DNA of 64,000 bases, taken from an uncultured bacterium (GTDB lineage Bacteria > SAR324 > NAC60-12). The stretch is from NCBI GenBank assembly GCA_965662235.1, contig CBFIGY010000002.1, positions 96,001-160,000 of the forward strand, given 5' to 3'. Both the position numbers and the translations under genes were made by a program. This document shows, in pieces, positions 1 to 8,971 of the stretch. How positions within the stretch are numbered: position 1 is the stretch's first letter; the number at the start of each line of letters is the position of its first letter. The notes under the pieces were generated by a model. The model was not told the origin of the DNA, made no database searches, and was given only the letters and a program-made list of their open reading frames with translations.

Positions 1-678
1 GAGCTCTCGGTTCAGCACCTAGGACGCGTCTACCGAGACCCACTCTTTCGGAGGTGGATGAACCACTTGGAGCTGACCCTGGACTTTCCGCTTCCCGAAA
101 AGCCTCGGATGGAACTCCGGGTGGCGACGCCGACCCTCTACACGATGGTCAGTCAGACCTCCCGCCTGCTCCGGCGGGCCAACATTTCGTACGGAAAGGA
201 CGAGGGGTTGATCTGGGTGCTGGTGCGCAAGATTCGGCACGGGGAGATTCTTCCGGAACGCTACGCCAAGGTCCACTGGGCCTACGACCAGATTGCAGAA
301 CGCTACCTCGCGTCTGAGCCTCAGAGCGTGTTCAACATTGAGACCAACATCCTCCTGTCTGCGATGCTGCTCAAGCATTACTACAACTACACCTGGAAGA
401 ACCGTGGGCACGTCATTGAGCTGAAGCCGGAGGTCCGGGCCATGATGGCCATTGCCGCCTACAACAACGGGCAGAGCGGCATCCGGCGGTTCCTCGCTGG
501 GCTGGAGAATGAGTTTCGGATCAGCCTGCGGGACTCTTCCGCTGAATGGGTCGCGTCCAAGTTCACCGCTCGGCGCCTGTCTCGAGCCCTGCGCCGTCCT
601 TACAGTAAGATCCGGGAGGTCTCTCGGCACATCCGGCACATCACAGCTTGCTCGGAGCAACAGTTTCCGTTTCGCTAG
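1..678 (+). CDS. Lytic transglycosylase (SLT-like) domain protein, 5'-truncated by the window edge
   Basis: Frame is open from base 1 to the stop at 678. It contains 'NIETNILLSAMLLKHYY' and 'AIAAYNNG', which resemble SLT motifs. The catalytic Glu motif is not clearly visible. Confidence 0.6.
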   Translation, partial: ELSVQHLGRVYRDPLFRRWMNHLELTLDFPLPEKPRMELRVATPTLYTMVSQTSRLLRRANISYGKDEGLIWVLVRKIRHGEILPERYAKVHWAYDQIAERYLASEPQSVFNIETNILLSAMLLKHYYNYTWKNRGHVIELKPEVRAMMAIAAYNNGQSGIRRFLAGLENEFRISLRDSSAEWVASKFTARRLSRALRRPYSKIREVSRHIRHITACSEQQFPFR

Positions 679-2320
679 GGGCCTCTTCCTCTGTGGCTGG
701 AATTTCGTAGAGGGCAAATTCGCCCAACCGCTTCACCAACTGCACCCGGGGGTGCTCGTTCTGCAGATTGGCCTCGTGGTTGTCCTTGGTGATGACTGCT
801 AGGGCAAACGGCTGGGGCTCATCTAGGATGCTTGGGTCGCCAGGAAACTTATCCGTGTGGAGCATCTCAATTTCCTGCTTTCCATAAAACAGGGCCGCAA
901 AGGAGACGTAACGGAAGAAGACCACCTTTTGGTTCTTGGCGTGGGCCTCTGCAACCAACTCCAGCATCGGTTGCTGCATGAACCCCACCACCAACGGCAG
1001 GTGCAGGAGCCACAGAGCCTGCGTCCACACGACCATTGCCACTGCTAGGATGGCAACTCCACGCGCCACCTGTTGCTTCAGCAGGTAGAAGCCTCCCAGC
1101 ACCCCCAGCCCACCAAATACGGCACCGGTGGCATAGGTCCAGTCCAGATTCCAGCCCAGCTGCAGATCCGGAACCGCCTCGTCCAGAAAACGCTGGCCCT
1201 CCTGAGGAAACAGGCCAAACGCCAACACGGCCAGAAACAGTACCGAAATCGTGACTCCCCACCCGACGGTTGCAGACAGGTGGTGACCGCGATCCATGCT
1301 CCGGTTTGCCACCAGAGCCGTCAGTAGGCTCAGCGGAATGTAAAATGAGGCTGAGTAGTGCGGCAGTTTGGTCTGCACCAACGAAAACAGGATCAGCACA
1401 AACACAAACCAGCCTAGGCTGAGCCGAACCAGGTTGCGCTCATGCGTGTTGGAGCTGTTCCACACCGCCCGGAAGTCTCCAAGCAGAAACGGCGTCCAGG
1501 GCATGAGACCAAAAACCGCCACCCCCAGATGATAGAACCAGGGGCCGGAATGGCTTTCCAAAGGCCGTGAAAAGAGGCTCAGCTGAAACCGGATGAACCC
1601 CTCAATGAACTCGGTTCCGTACTTGACCCAGTTCATCAGGTACCAAGACAACGCGATCGTCAAGGAAACAGCACCACACGCAAAAAAGTGTCCCCACGGC
1701 ACCCGAGGGTTCGCCGAGAAGACCTTGTAACTCGCAAAGGCCACCAGCGGAATCACGCCCCCGAGCGGCCCCTTCGTCATCACAGCCACTCCCATGGCGA
1801 CGCTCGCCCCCATTAGCGGAAGCCACGGAGAGGGGTGGATTTTGAGCGGATCCGACTCCTGCATGATGCGGTCGTACGCATAAAGCAGGAAGGTTGCAAC
1901 GGCGATGAAGAGGTTAAAGGTATGGTCAATGACAGCCGCTCGTCCCAGCACAGAAGGCAGGAAGGCCGTGAGGTACATCACCGCCCAGAGCGCCCCCAGT
2001 CGCTTTCCGGAAACCCGGGAGCCCACCACGTAGCACCACCCCACCATGAGCAGTCCTGCCAGGGCAGATGGGAAACGCGCCGCAAACTCATCCACTCCCC
2101 AAAGGTGGTAGCTCAGCGACTGCAACCAAAAGAAAAACGGAGGTTTCTCAGCAAACGGATGTCCATTAATGAAGACGTTCAGGTAGTCTCCGCGCTCCAC
2201 CATCTGCCGACTTGCTTCGGCATAAATGTTTTCATCCCAGTCAATGAGAGGGAGCGCTCCTAGGTTGGGAAAGAGGACCACAAGGCCCAAGACCAGAAGA
2301 GATAGCGGGAGCAGGGGCAT
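641..2320 (-). CDS. ArnT/PMT-family (GT-C) membrane glycosyltransferase
   Basis: N-terminal 'DWDENIYAEASRQM', plus 'EKPP', 'TKGP' and 'TKLPHY' motifs and many transmembrane segments. Confidence 0.85.
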   Translation of the reverse strand: MPLLPLSLLVLGLVVLFPNLGALPLIDWDENIYAEASRQMVERGDYLNVFINGHPFAEKPPFFFWLQSLSYHLWGVDEFAARFPSALAGLLMVGWCYVVGSRVSGKRLGALWAVMYLTAFLPSVLGRAAVIDHTFNLFIAVATFLLYAYDRIMQESDPLKIHPSPWLPLMGASVAMGVAVMTKGPLGGVIPLVAFASYKVFSANPRVPWGHFFACGAVSLTIALSWYLMNWVKYGTEFIEGFIRFQLSLFSRPLESHSGPWFYHLGVAVFGLMPWTPFLLGDFRAVWNSSNTHERNLVRLSLGWFVFVLILFSLVQTKLPHYSASFYIPLSLLTALVANRSMDRGHHLSATVGWGVTISVLFLAVLAFGLFPQEGQRFLDEAVPDLQLGWNLDWTYATGAVFGGLGVLGGFYLLKQQVARGVAILAVAMVVWTQALWLLHLPLVVGFMQQPMLELVAEAHAKNQKVVFFRYVSFAALFYGKQEIEMLHTDKFPGDPSILDEPQPFALAVITKDNHEANLQNEHPRVQLVKRLGEFALYEIPATEEEAPSETETVAPSKL

Positions 2321-2466
2321 ACACCACTCAGAGACAACGTAATGGAGGAGGAGGCCGAATTGATCTTGACCGGCCGTTTCATTTCACAGATGCTGATCGT
2401 TTTTTGTCAATTTTGTGACCGCACTGTTCGATTCTCGCAAATTTCACACCGTCCGGCGACCCTTAT

Positions 2467-3450
2467 ATGCCTTCTGTCCGTCCCCTTCCCATCATTCTCG
2501 GAATCGCTGGACTGCAAGCGACTCCGGAAGAACTCGCTTTTTTCCGAGAAGCTCAGCCCTTTGGCTTCATTCTGTTTTCCCGAAACCTAGACACTCCAGA
2601 CCAGATTCAGCACCTTACGGCGACACTCCGGGACGTCACGGGGCGTGAGGAGGTTCCCATTTTGATTGATGAGGAAGGAGGACGTGTCCAACGGTTGCCG
2701 AAACCAGCTTGGCCCGATTTTCCGCCTGCTCGAACCCTCGGGCAGGGGTATGACCAGCATCCGGATCAGGTGCGCGCCCGGGTCCGCGACAACTACCAGC
2801 GCTTGGGGAGCGAGTTGCGTGCACTCGGGATCACGGTGGATGCCGCTCCGGTCGCGGACTTGGCGATTGCCGCCCAGCATGAGGTCATCGGTGAGCGAAC
2901 GTTTTCGGCTCATCCAGATGCCGTTGCCGACCTTGCTCGGGCCTGTGCAGACGGCCTTCGAGACGCAGGCGTGCTGCCTATTGTGAAGCACACCCCGGGA
3001 TACGGTCACGCAACCGTGGATCCTCACGAGGCCCTTCCGGTCTTTTCAGAATCCCGAGCCTACCTAGAAGCGCATGACTTTGCCCCCTTCCGGCAGCTGG
3101 CAGACCTTCCCTGGGCGATGACCTGCCACCTCAAGTTTCCGCAGCTGGATCCGGAGTGGCCGGCAACGCTTTCCCCAACCCTCATTCAGGACATCATCCG
3201 TGGGTGGACAGGGTTTGATGGGCTGCTGGTGACCGATTGTCTCTTCATGAACGCCCTCTCCGGGACGCTACCGGAACGCATCCAGCGGTGCCTAGAAGCA
3301 GGCTGCGACCTTGCGCTCCACAGCCACGGCACCGTTGCCGAAATGGAAGCCGCGGTCGCCCCCCTCTCGCCGATGTCAGACGAGTCATGGCAACGTTGGC
3401 TCCGGTCGCAGCAGTGGCTACAGACGCCTAACCCGCCTTCATCTGTTTGA
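2467..3450 (+). CDS. nagZ: Beta-N-acetylhexosaminidase (GH3)
   Basis: 'ILFSRN', 'IDEEGGRVQR', 'KHTPGYGHATVDPH' and 'TDCLFMNAL' match NagZ motifs. Confidence 0.88.
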   Translation: MPSVRPLPIILGIAGLQATPEELAFFREAQPFGFILFSRNLDTPDQIQHLTATLRDVTGREEVPILIDEEGGRVQRLPKPAWPDFPPARTLGQGYDQHPDQVRARVRDNYQRLGSELRALGITVDAAPVADLAIAAQHEVIGERTFSAHPDAVADLARACADGLRDAGVLPIVKHTPGYGHATVDPHEALPVFSESRAYLEAHDFAPFRQLADLPWAMTCHLKFPQLDPEWPATLSPTLIQDIIRGWTGFDGLLVTDCLFMNALSGTLPERIQRCLEAGCDLALHSHGTVAEMEAAVAPLSPMSDESWQRWLRSQQWLQTPNPPSSV

Positions 3451-5455
3451 GGTGAAGGAAGAAGTCAGCCCGCGAGCGCTCCTTCTGCACCTCCTTTTGC
3501 TGCTCAGACGCTTCGCCCACCGGAGGAACCGTGAAGAGGTTTTCCGGAATTTCACTGAGGAACCGTGATGGCTGCTGCGGAATGACCTCGCCGTACCGCT
3601 TCCGGGCCTTGCCCATGGAAAACGTCAGCTCCTGTCGAGCCCGGGTGATGCCCACGTAACACAGGCGCCGCTCCTCATCCTCACCTCCGGTGTCAACGGT
3701 CCGTGGACTTGGAAACACGCCCTCCGCCATGCCGATCATGAACACAAACGGGAACTCCAGTCCTTTGGCACTGTGTAGCGTCATCAGCGTCACCTGGTTG
3801 TTTCCAGAGTCGGCTTCATTGTCTCGCTCGGTAAAGAGCATGATGCGCTCTAGGTACTCCCCAAGGGTCCGCTCCGGGTTGTCGTCGGCGTACCGGCGCA
3901 CCCCATTGACGAGCTCCCGGACACAGTTGAGCTTGCGCTCCCGGGTTTTCGGGTCGCCCTTCTGGTGCTCCAAAAAGTGGACGTAGCCGACCTGTTCCAG
4001 CAGTTCCGCAAAGACGGATCCCAGGTGCCCGGTTTCGAAACGTTGCCGGAAGTCATCAATGAGCCAGGCGAAGGCCTCCATGGACGCTGCAGCATCCCGG
4101 TGAATTTCGGGGTACCGGCGAGCCTTCCGAAGGATCTCAAACAGCGTCGCGTGCCGGGTTCGGGCCAACTCGTTCGCCTGCATCAGAGACGTTTTGCCAA
4201 TTCCTCGGCGCGGCATGTTGATGATGCGGTGCAGACCAACTTCGTCACGCGGGTTGTGAATGACCTTGAGGTACGCCAAGGCGTCACGCACCTCCTGCCG
4301 CTCATAAAAGCTGGTGGATCCGACCACCCGATACGGAATGCGGCTCTCCCGTAGCGCCTCCTCCACGGCACGCGCCTGAAAGTTCGAGCGGTAGAGAATG
4401 GCAAAGTCGCCATAGTCGTGCCCGTTCCGGAGGGCATTCATGCGGATCCGGCGGACCACCGTCTCCAGCTCCTGCTCCTCATTTTCGGCCTCCACCCAGT
4501 CGATCAGCGCGCCTCCCGGCTTCTCGCACCACAGCTGCTTCGGCATCCGCTGGGCGTTGTTGGCAATGACCGCATTGGCGGCGGCCAGGATGACTTCGGT
4601 GGAACGGTAGTTCTGCTCCAAACGGATCACGGACACCTGGGGGTAGTCCTCTTCCATGCTGAGGATGTTCCGGACGTCGGCTCCTCGCCAGGCGTAGATC
4701 GACTGATCGTCGTCTCCCACCACACAGAGGTTCTGATGAAAGTGCGTCAGGTGCCGGAGGAGGCGGTACTGCACCCGGTTGGTGTCTTGGTACTCATCCA
4801 CCATCAGGTAGCGCCAGCGCTCCTGCACCGAACGCATCTGCTCCGGATGCTTCTCAAACAGCTCCAGGGTCAGGTTGAGGATGTCATCAAAATCAACCGC
4901 GTTGCAGCCCTTCAGGGTCTGCTGGTACTCTTGATAAAGGCGCCCCAGGGTCTGCGCCCGGGGGCTGTCTTGCTGGTCGAGAAAGTGTTCGGGACCTTGC
5001 CCGCTGTTCTTGGCCTGACCAATCTCAAAGTGGGCGCCTTTAGCGTCAATCAGTCCGTCATCGTCAAAGCCGTTGTCCTCCATGATGGACTTCAGCAGCG
5101 ATACCTGGTCGTGGCTGTCGTAGATGATGAAGTTGGGACGGTACCCGAGGTGCTCAATCTTTTCCCTCAGGATGCGGACGCCCAGGGAGTGGAAGGTGCT
5201 CAGCTGAACACCTCGGCCTTGCTCTCCCAGAAGGCTCTTGAGACGTTCCTGCATCTCGTTGGCCGCCTTGTTGGTAAAGGTGACTCCAAGGATCTGCTGG
5301 GCCGGAACCCGCTTGGCGTCAATGAGGTAGGCAATGCGGTGGATGATGACTCGGGTCTTGCCGCTTCCGGCACCAGCTAGGACCAAAACCGGCCCGCGTG
5401 TGGTGGTAACGGCTTCCCGCTGTCGGGGGTTGAGCGAGTTGAGTAGGTTTTTCAC
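3428..5455 (-). CDS. UvrD/PcrA/Rep-family ATP-dependent DNA helicase
   Basis: 'LAGAGSGKT', 'VDEYQDTN', 'VGDDDQSIYAWRGA', 'LEQNYRS', 'TLHSAKGLEF', 'YVGITRA'. Start placed at GTG 5455 (the ORF track opens at 5533). Confidence 0.95.
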   Translation of the reverse strand: MKNLLNSLNPRQREAVTTTRGPVLVLAGAGSGKTRVIIHRIAYLIDAKRVPAQQILGVTFTNKAANEMQERLKSLLGEQGRGVQLSTFHSLGVRILREKIEHLGYRPNFIIYDSHDQVSLLKSIMEDNGFDDDGLIDAKGAHFEIGQAKNSGQGPEHFLDQQDSPRAQTLGRLYQEYQQTLKGCNAVDFDDILNLTLELFEKHPEQMRSVQERWRYLMVDEYQDTNRVQYRLLRHLTHFHQNLCVVGDDDQSIYAWRGADVRNILSMEEDYPQVSVIRLEQNYRSTEVILAAANAVIANNAQRMPKQLWCEKPGGALIDWVEAENEEQELETVVRRIRMNALRNGHDYGDFAILYRSNFQARAVEEALRESRIPYRVVGSTSFYERQEVRDALAYLKVIHNPRDEVGLHRIINMPRRGIGKTSLMQANELARTRHATLFEILRKARRYPEIHRDAAASMEAFAWLIDDFRQRFETGHLGSVFAELLEQVGYVHFLEHQKGDPKTRERKLNCVRELVNGVRRYADDNPERTLGEYLERIMLFTERDNEADSGNNQVTLMTLHSAKGLEFPFVFMIGMAEGVFPSPRTVDTGGEDEERRLCYVGITRARQELTFSMGKARKRYGEVIPQQPSRFLSEIPENLFTVPPVGEASEQQKEVQKERSRADFFLHLKQMKAG

Positions 5456-5555
5456 AGACGGAGTGCGCTTCCTTGCGGTTTCCGGAAATTTGATGGACCC
5501 TCTTATGTTCCTCAATGCGTTGAAACCCGTCAAGTCTCAAACCCCAGGGCCGTTT

Positions 5556-5966
5556 ATGCCGCAGATGAATCGTGAAGAACTTCAGCACCTCCTGCAGCAA
5601 GAGTTCCCTCAGAGCGAGGTTGTGGTGGAAGCCGTGGGGCCTTACTCCTCAGTGGTCCGGATTCCCATTCAGGAACACCACCTGCGTCCAGGAGGAACGG
5701 TTTCGGGTCCCACCATGATGCTGCTGGCAGATACTGCCATGTACGTGGCCATCCTCGGCGAGCTGGGCCCTCTGCTGCTTGCGGTCACCACCAACCTGAA
5801 CATCAACTTCATGCACAAACCTGCCGCCGGTTGCGACCTGGTCGGTGAGTGTACGCTGTTCAAGATCGGCAAGCGCCTCGCTGTCGGAGAGGTGTCCATT
5901 CACTCAGCCGGACACCCGGAACTCGTGGCTCATGTCACCTGCACCTACTCCCTGCCTCCTCGCTGA
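5556..5966 (+). CDS. PaaI-family thioesterase (hotdog fold)
   Basis: 'HLRPGGTVSGPTMMLLAD' and 'AVTTNLNINF'; ATG at 5556. Confidence 0.88.
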   Translation: MPQMNREELQHLLQQEFPQSEVVVEAVGPYSSVVRIPIQEHHLRPGGTVSGPTMMLLADTAMYVAILGELGPLLLAVTTNLNINFMHKPAAGCDLVGECTLFKIGKRLAVGEVSIHSAGHPELVAHVTCTYSLPPR

Positions 5967-5972
5967 CGGACC

Positions 5973-6878
5973 ATGCCCCTTCTCTTCCGCAACCGTTCAT
6001 CGGCTCACCTGCTGAGACTGGGGGGCCTGCTGCTGATCCTGTGGCTCGCGGGCTGCCAGTCGCTGTTTTACTACCCCTCACAGCGCCGGTTCTTCACTCC
6101 GGAGATGTTTGGCGACTCCTATGAGGCGGTCTCCTTCACCACGGCCGATGAGGTGCGCCTGCACGCTTGGTACGTGTACGGCAAGCAGCGTCCGGCCCGG
6201 GGCTCGGTGTTGTTTTTTCATGGAAACGCCCACAACATCAGCCACTACTACCTCACGGCCAAGGGCTTTGTGGAAGCGGGCTACAACGTCCTGCTCTTTG
6301 ACTACCGCGGTTACGGCCTGTCGCAGGGAGACCCCAGTCCGGAAGGCTTGCTCGCCGATGCCGATGCTGCCTGGGAATACCTCCTTCAGCGTCCGGAGAC
6401 GCAGCCCGGGAAGATCGTTATCTTTGCGCAAAGCCTAGGCGGAGCCGTGGCTCTGGATTGGGTGGGACGACGACGTCCGGAAGACATCGCGATGGTGGTT
6501 TCGGAATCCGCCTTTTCGTCTTACACGAAAATTGTGCAGGAAAAGCTGAACCCACTTGGAGTCATCCGGATCTTCCGCAAACCCATTGCGCAGACGTTCT
6601 TTGACGACACGCATGCGCCCGTCGATTGGGTCGAGCGCATTTCGCCCATTCCCCTGCTGCTGGTGCACGGCACCGCAGACCCCATTGTGCCTTACGCCAA
6701 CGTGGAGCGCCTGTTTGACGCTGCTGCTGATCCGAAGCTCCTCTGGACCATTGAAGGGGGCGGACACATCCAGATGCTGTCACGCTTCGGAGGCGAGTAC
6801 TGGCCGAGGCTGATCCGCCTCCTCGACCTGATGATGGAAGACGGCACTGCGGATGAAACCTGGGCGCTGCTTCCTTAA
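5973..6878 (+). CDS. Alpha/beta hydrolase, probable lipoprotein
   Basis: Lipobox 'LAGC', plus 'FFHGNA', 'DYRGYG', 'AQSLGG' and 'HGTADPIVP'. Confidence 0.85.
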   Translation: MPLLFRNRSSAHLLRLGGLLLILWLAGCQSLFYYPSQRRFFTPEMFGDSYEAVSFTTADEVRLHAWYVYGKQRPARGSVLFFHGNAHNISHYYLTAKGFVEAGYNVLLFDYRGYGLSQGDPSPEGLLADADAAWEYLLQRPETQPGKIVIFAQSLGGAVALDWVGRRRPEDIAMVVSESAFSSYTKIVQEKLNPLGVIRIFRKPIAQTFFDDTHAPVDWVERISPIPLLLVHGTADPIVPYANVERLFDAAADPKLLWTIEGGGHIQMLSRFGGEYWPRLIRLLDLMMEDGTADETWALLP

Positions 6879-6884
6879 CTTCTC

Positions 6885-7844
6885 ATGACGCCTCTCACCT
6901 TCACCTGCAACGAATCCGGCATTCGCCTGGACCGTTTTCTGGGCAATCAGCCTGAGATCGCCTCCCGGTCCGCCGCTCAACGGCTGCTGCAGGAAGGGGC
7001 GGTCACACACAACGGAGTTCTCCAACACGAAGCCTCACTGCGGCTGCAGTCCCAGGACCAGGTGGTAGTGTGTCTTCCGGAGCCAGAAACCTGGGAAGTC
7101 CTTCCGGAGGCAGGAGACCTAGAGGTGCTGCATGAAGACGCGGCGCTGATTGTGGTCAACAAACCGGCAGGACTGGTCACGCACCCGGCGCCCGGACACG
7201 CTTCCGGAACCCTGGTCAACTACCTGCTGCACCACTGCCAGGACCTGACCGGAGTCGGCGGTTACCTGCGTCCCGGAATTGTGCACCGCCTCGATAAAGA
7301 CACCTCTGGCATCCTTGTGGTCGCTAAAAACGACTCCGCGCACCAGGGTCTGACGGAGCAGTTTCGGCAACACTCCGTCAAGCGGCAGTACCAGGCGGTG
7401 GTGTGGGGACGGGTGAAGGACGCCCAAGGAGTGGTGGATGCTCCTCTGGGGCGGCACCCTGTTCGTCGCAAGGAAATCGCTGTGCAGGAGCGAGGACGAC
7501 GCGCGGTGACCCACTGGCGTGTGACGGAACGCTTTTCCCAGCTGACCCGTCTGGCCTGCCGGTTGGAAACGGGGCGGACGCACCAGATCCGGGTTCACCT
7601 GACGCACCTCGGCCATCCCCTGTTGGGCGACCCGCAATATGGACGCTCTCCCCTCAACCGCCTCTCCGGCCTGTCTCCTCAGCTAAGGCAAACGCTCGCC
7701 GAGTTTCCACGGCAAGCCCTGCATGCCGAACTGCTCGGCTTCCGCCACCCCATCTCCGGAGACCTGATGGAGTTTCGCACTCCGCTTCCCGCTGATTTTC
7801 AGGCGCTGCTGGAGGTCCTGCGGGCCGAAGGAACGCCGTCCTAA
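6885..7844 (+). CDS. rluD: RluA/RluD-family pseudouridine synthase with S4 domain
   Basis: 'RLDRFL' (S4), 'NKPAGLVTHP', 'HRLDKDTSG', 'LETGRTHQIRVH', 'QALHA'. Confidence 0.85.
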   Translation: MTPLTFTCNESGIRLDRFLGNQPEIASRSAAQRLLQEGAVTHNGVLQHEASLRLQSQDQVVVCLPEPETWEVLPEAGDLEVLHEDAALIVVNKPAGLVTHPAPGHASGTLVNYLLHHCQDLTGVGGYLRPGIVHRLDKDTSGILVVAKNDSAHQGLTEQFRQHSVKRQYQAVVWGRVKDAQGVVDAPLGRHPVRRKEIAVQERGRRAVTHWRVTERFSQLTRLACRLETGRTHQIRVHLTHLGHPLLGDPQYGRSPLNRLSGLSPQLRQTLAEFPRQALHAELLGFRHPISGDLMEFRTPLPADFQALLEVLRAEGTPS

Positions 7845-7932
7845 GGTCCCTCGCACGACAAAACTTCCCATTTGGCCTCTTCTGGCTTTTTTGCTACAGT
7901 GGCGCTGGACAACCCTTGGTAGGAGGTCGCCC

Positions 7933-8166
7933 ATGCGTTCCACGCCCGCAGTCACCTTGGTTGAGGTCCAAGAAGGAGCCCACCTCGAGCCCCTGTACTT
8001 CTGGCCTCCTGACTTTCCGCAGTTGCTCCATCGGGTTCGTTCCGGATGGCGCCCGGCTTCCCTCTTGATCCGCTACGCAGACAATCGGCACCACGGACGC
8101 GTTGTGCTTCCAGATCAGGTGCCTGAATTCCCCACCTGGCTGACTCGAGAACTGCACCCGTCGTAA
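7933..8166 (+). CDS. Small hypothetical protein
   Basis: AGGAGG at 7921-7926 precedes ATG 7933; 77 codons; no recognisable family. Confidence 0.45.
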   Translation: MRSTPAVTLVEVQEGAHLEPLYFWPPDFPQLLHRVRSGWRPASLLIRYADNRHHGRVVLPDQVPEFPTWLTRELHPS

Positions 8167-8200
8167 CCTCGCCTCTCTTTTGAAAGGGTCCCCCGGAGTC

Positions 8201-8228
8201 CTAACTTCATCTTAACAAAAAACTAATG
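8201..8228 (+). promoter_or_regulatory. Putative Pho-box-like direct repeats upstream of phoB
   Basis: CTAACT (8201), TTAACA (8212) and CTAATG (8223) at exact 11-bp periodicity in an AT-rich patch. Confidence 0.5.
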
Positions 8229-8273
8229 ATGAGCAGCGAAACTAGGAGCTTTGTTAATTTGAATGAGGATCTC

Positions 8274-8969
8274 ATGAGCAAACCAATCATTTTGGTGGTC
8301 GAGGACGAAGAGGACATTTTGGAGTTGGTCCGGTACAACCTCGAGAAGGAGGGCTACCAGGTGGTCAGCGCTCTCTCCGGGGAAGAGGCGCGCCCGCTGG
8401 TGACCCAAAAGAATCCGGACCTCATCCTACTGGACCTGATGCTTCCGGGAATTGGTGGACTAGACCTCTGCCGCATCCTGAAGCAGAGCGAGAAGACGCG
8501 ACATATTCCGGTGGTCATGCTGACGGCCAAGAGCGAGGATGCAGACGTTGTTTCGGGACTGGAGATGGGCGCCGATGACTACATCACCAAACCCTTCAGC
8601 CCACGGGTGCTGCTGGCTCGGGTCCGGACGGTGCTCCGGCGTCGTACTGGCTCAGAAGTGGTTGGGGAGGAAGCCACCCTGAGCGTTGAGGGGCTCCGCA
8701 TCCATCCCGGACGCCATGAGGTCAGCCTCGACGACGAAACCCTGCACCTCACCCTCACGGAGTTCAAGATTCTGCACTTCCTAGCCCGGCACCCCGGATG
8801 GGTCTACACCCGGGATCAGATCATTGATGCCGTCCGAGGGGAAGACTATGCGGTCACCGACCGTGCCATTGACGTGCAGATCGTCGGCCTTCGCAAGAAG
8901 CTCGGCACGCGCGGCACCCTCATTGAGACGGTCCGAGGCATCGGCTATCGCTTCAAAGATCGAGATTGA
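8274..8969 (+). CDS. phoB: OmpR/PhoB-family response regulator
   Basis: REC domain ('VVEDE', 'LLDLMLPG', 'ADDYITKPF') plus winged helix ('TDRAIDVQI', 'IETVRGIGY'); paired with a PhoR-like kinase. Confidence 0.8.
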   Translation: MSKPIILVVEDEEDILELVRYNLEKEGYQVVSALSGEEARPLVTQKNPDLILLDLMLPGIGGLDLCRILKQSEKTRHIPVVMLTAKSEDADVVSGLEMGADDYITKPFSPRVLLARVRTVLRRRTGSEVVGEEATLSVEGLRIHPGRHEVSLDDETLHLTLTEFKILHFLARHPGWVYTRDQIIDAVRGEDYAVTDRAIDVQIVGLRKKLGTRGTLIETVRGIGYRFKDRD

Positions 8970-8971
8970 CC

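Noticed and set aside
19..717. 232-aa minus-strand ORF, and the many other long antisense ORFs (e.g. 39139-40428, 40325-41674, 53870-55231)
   Set aside because: They are shadow frames of well-supported genes on the opposite strand, as expected in GC-rich DNA.
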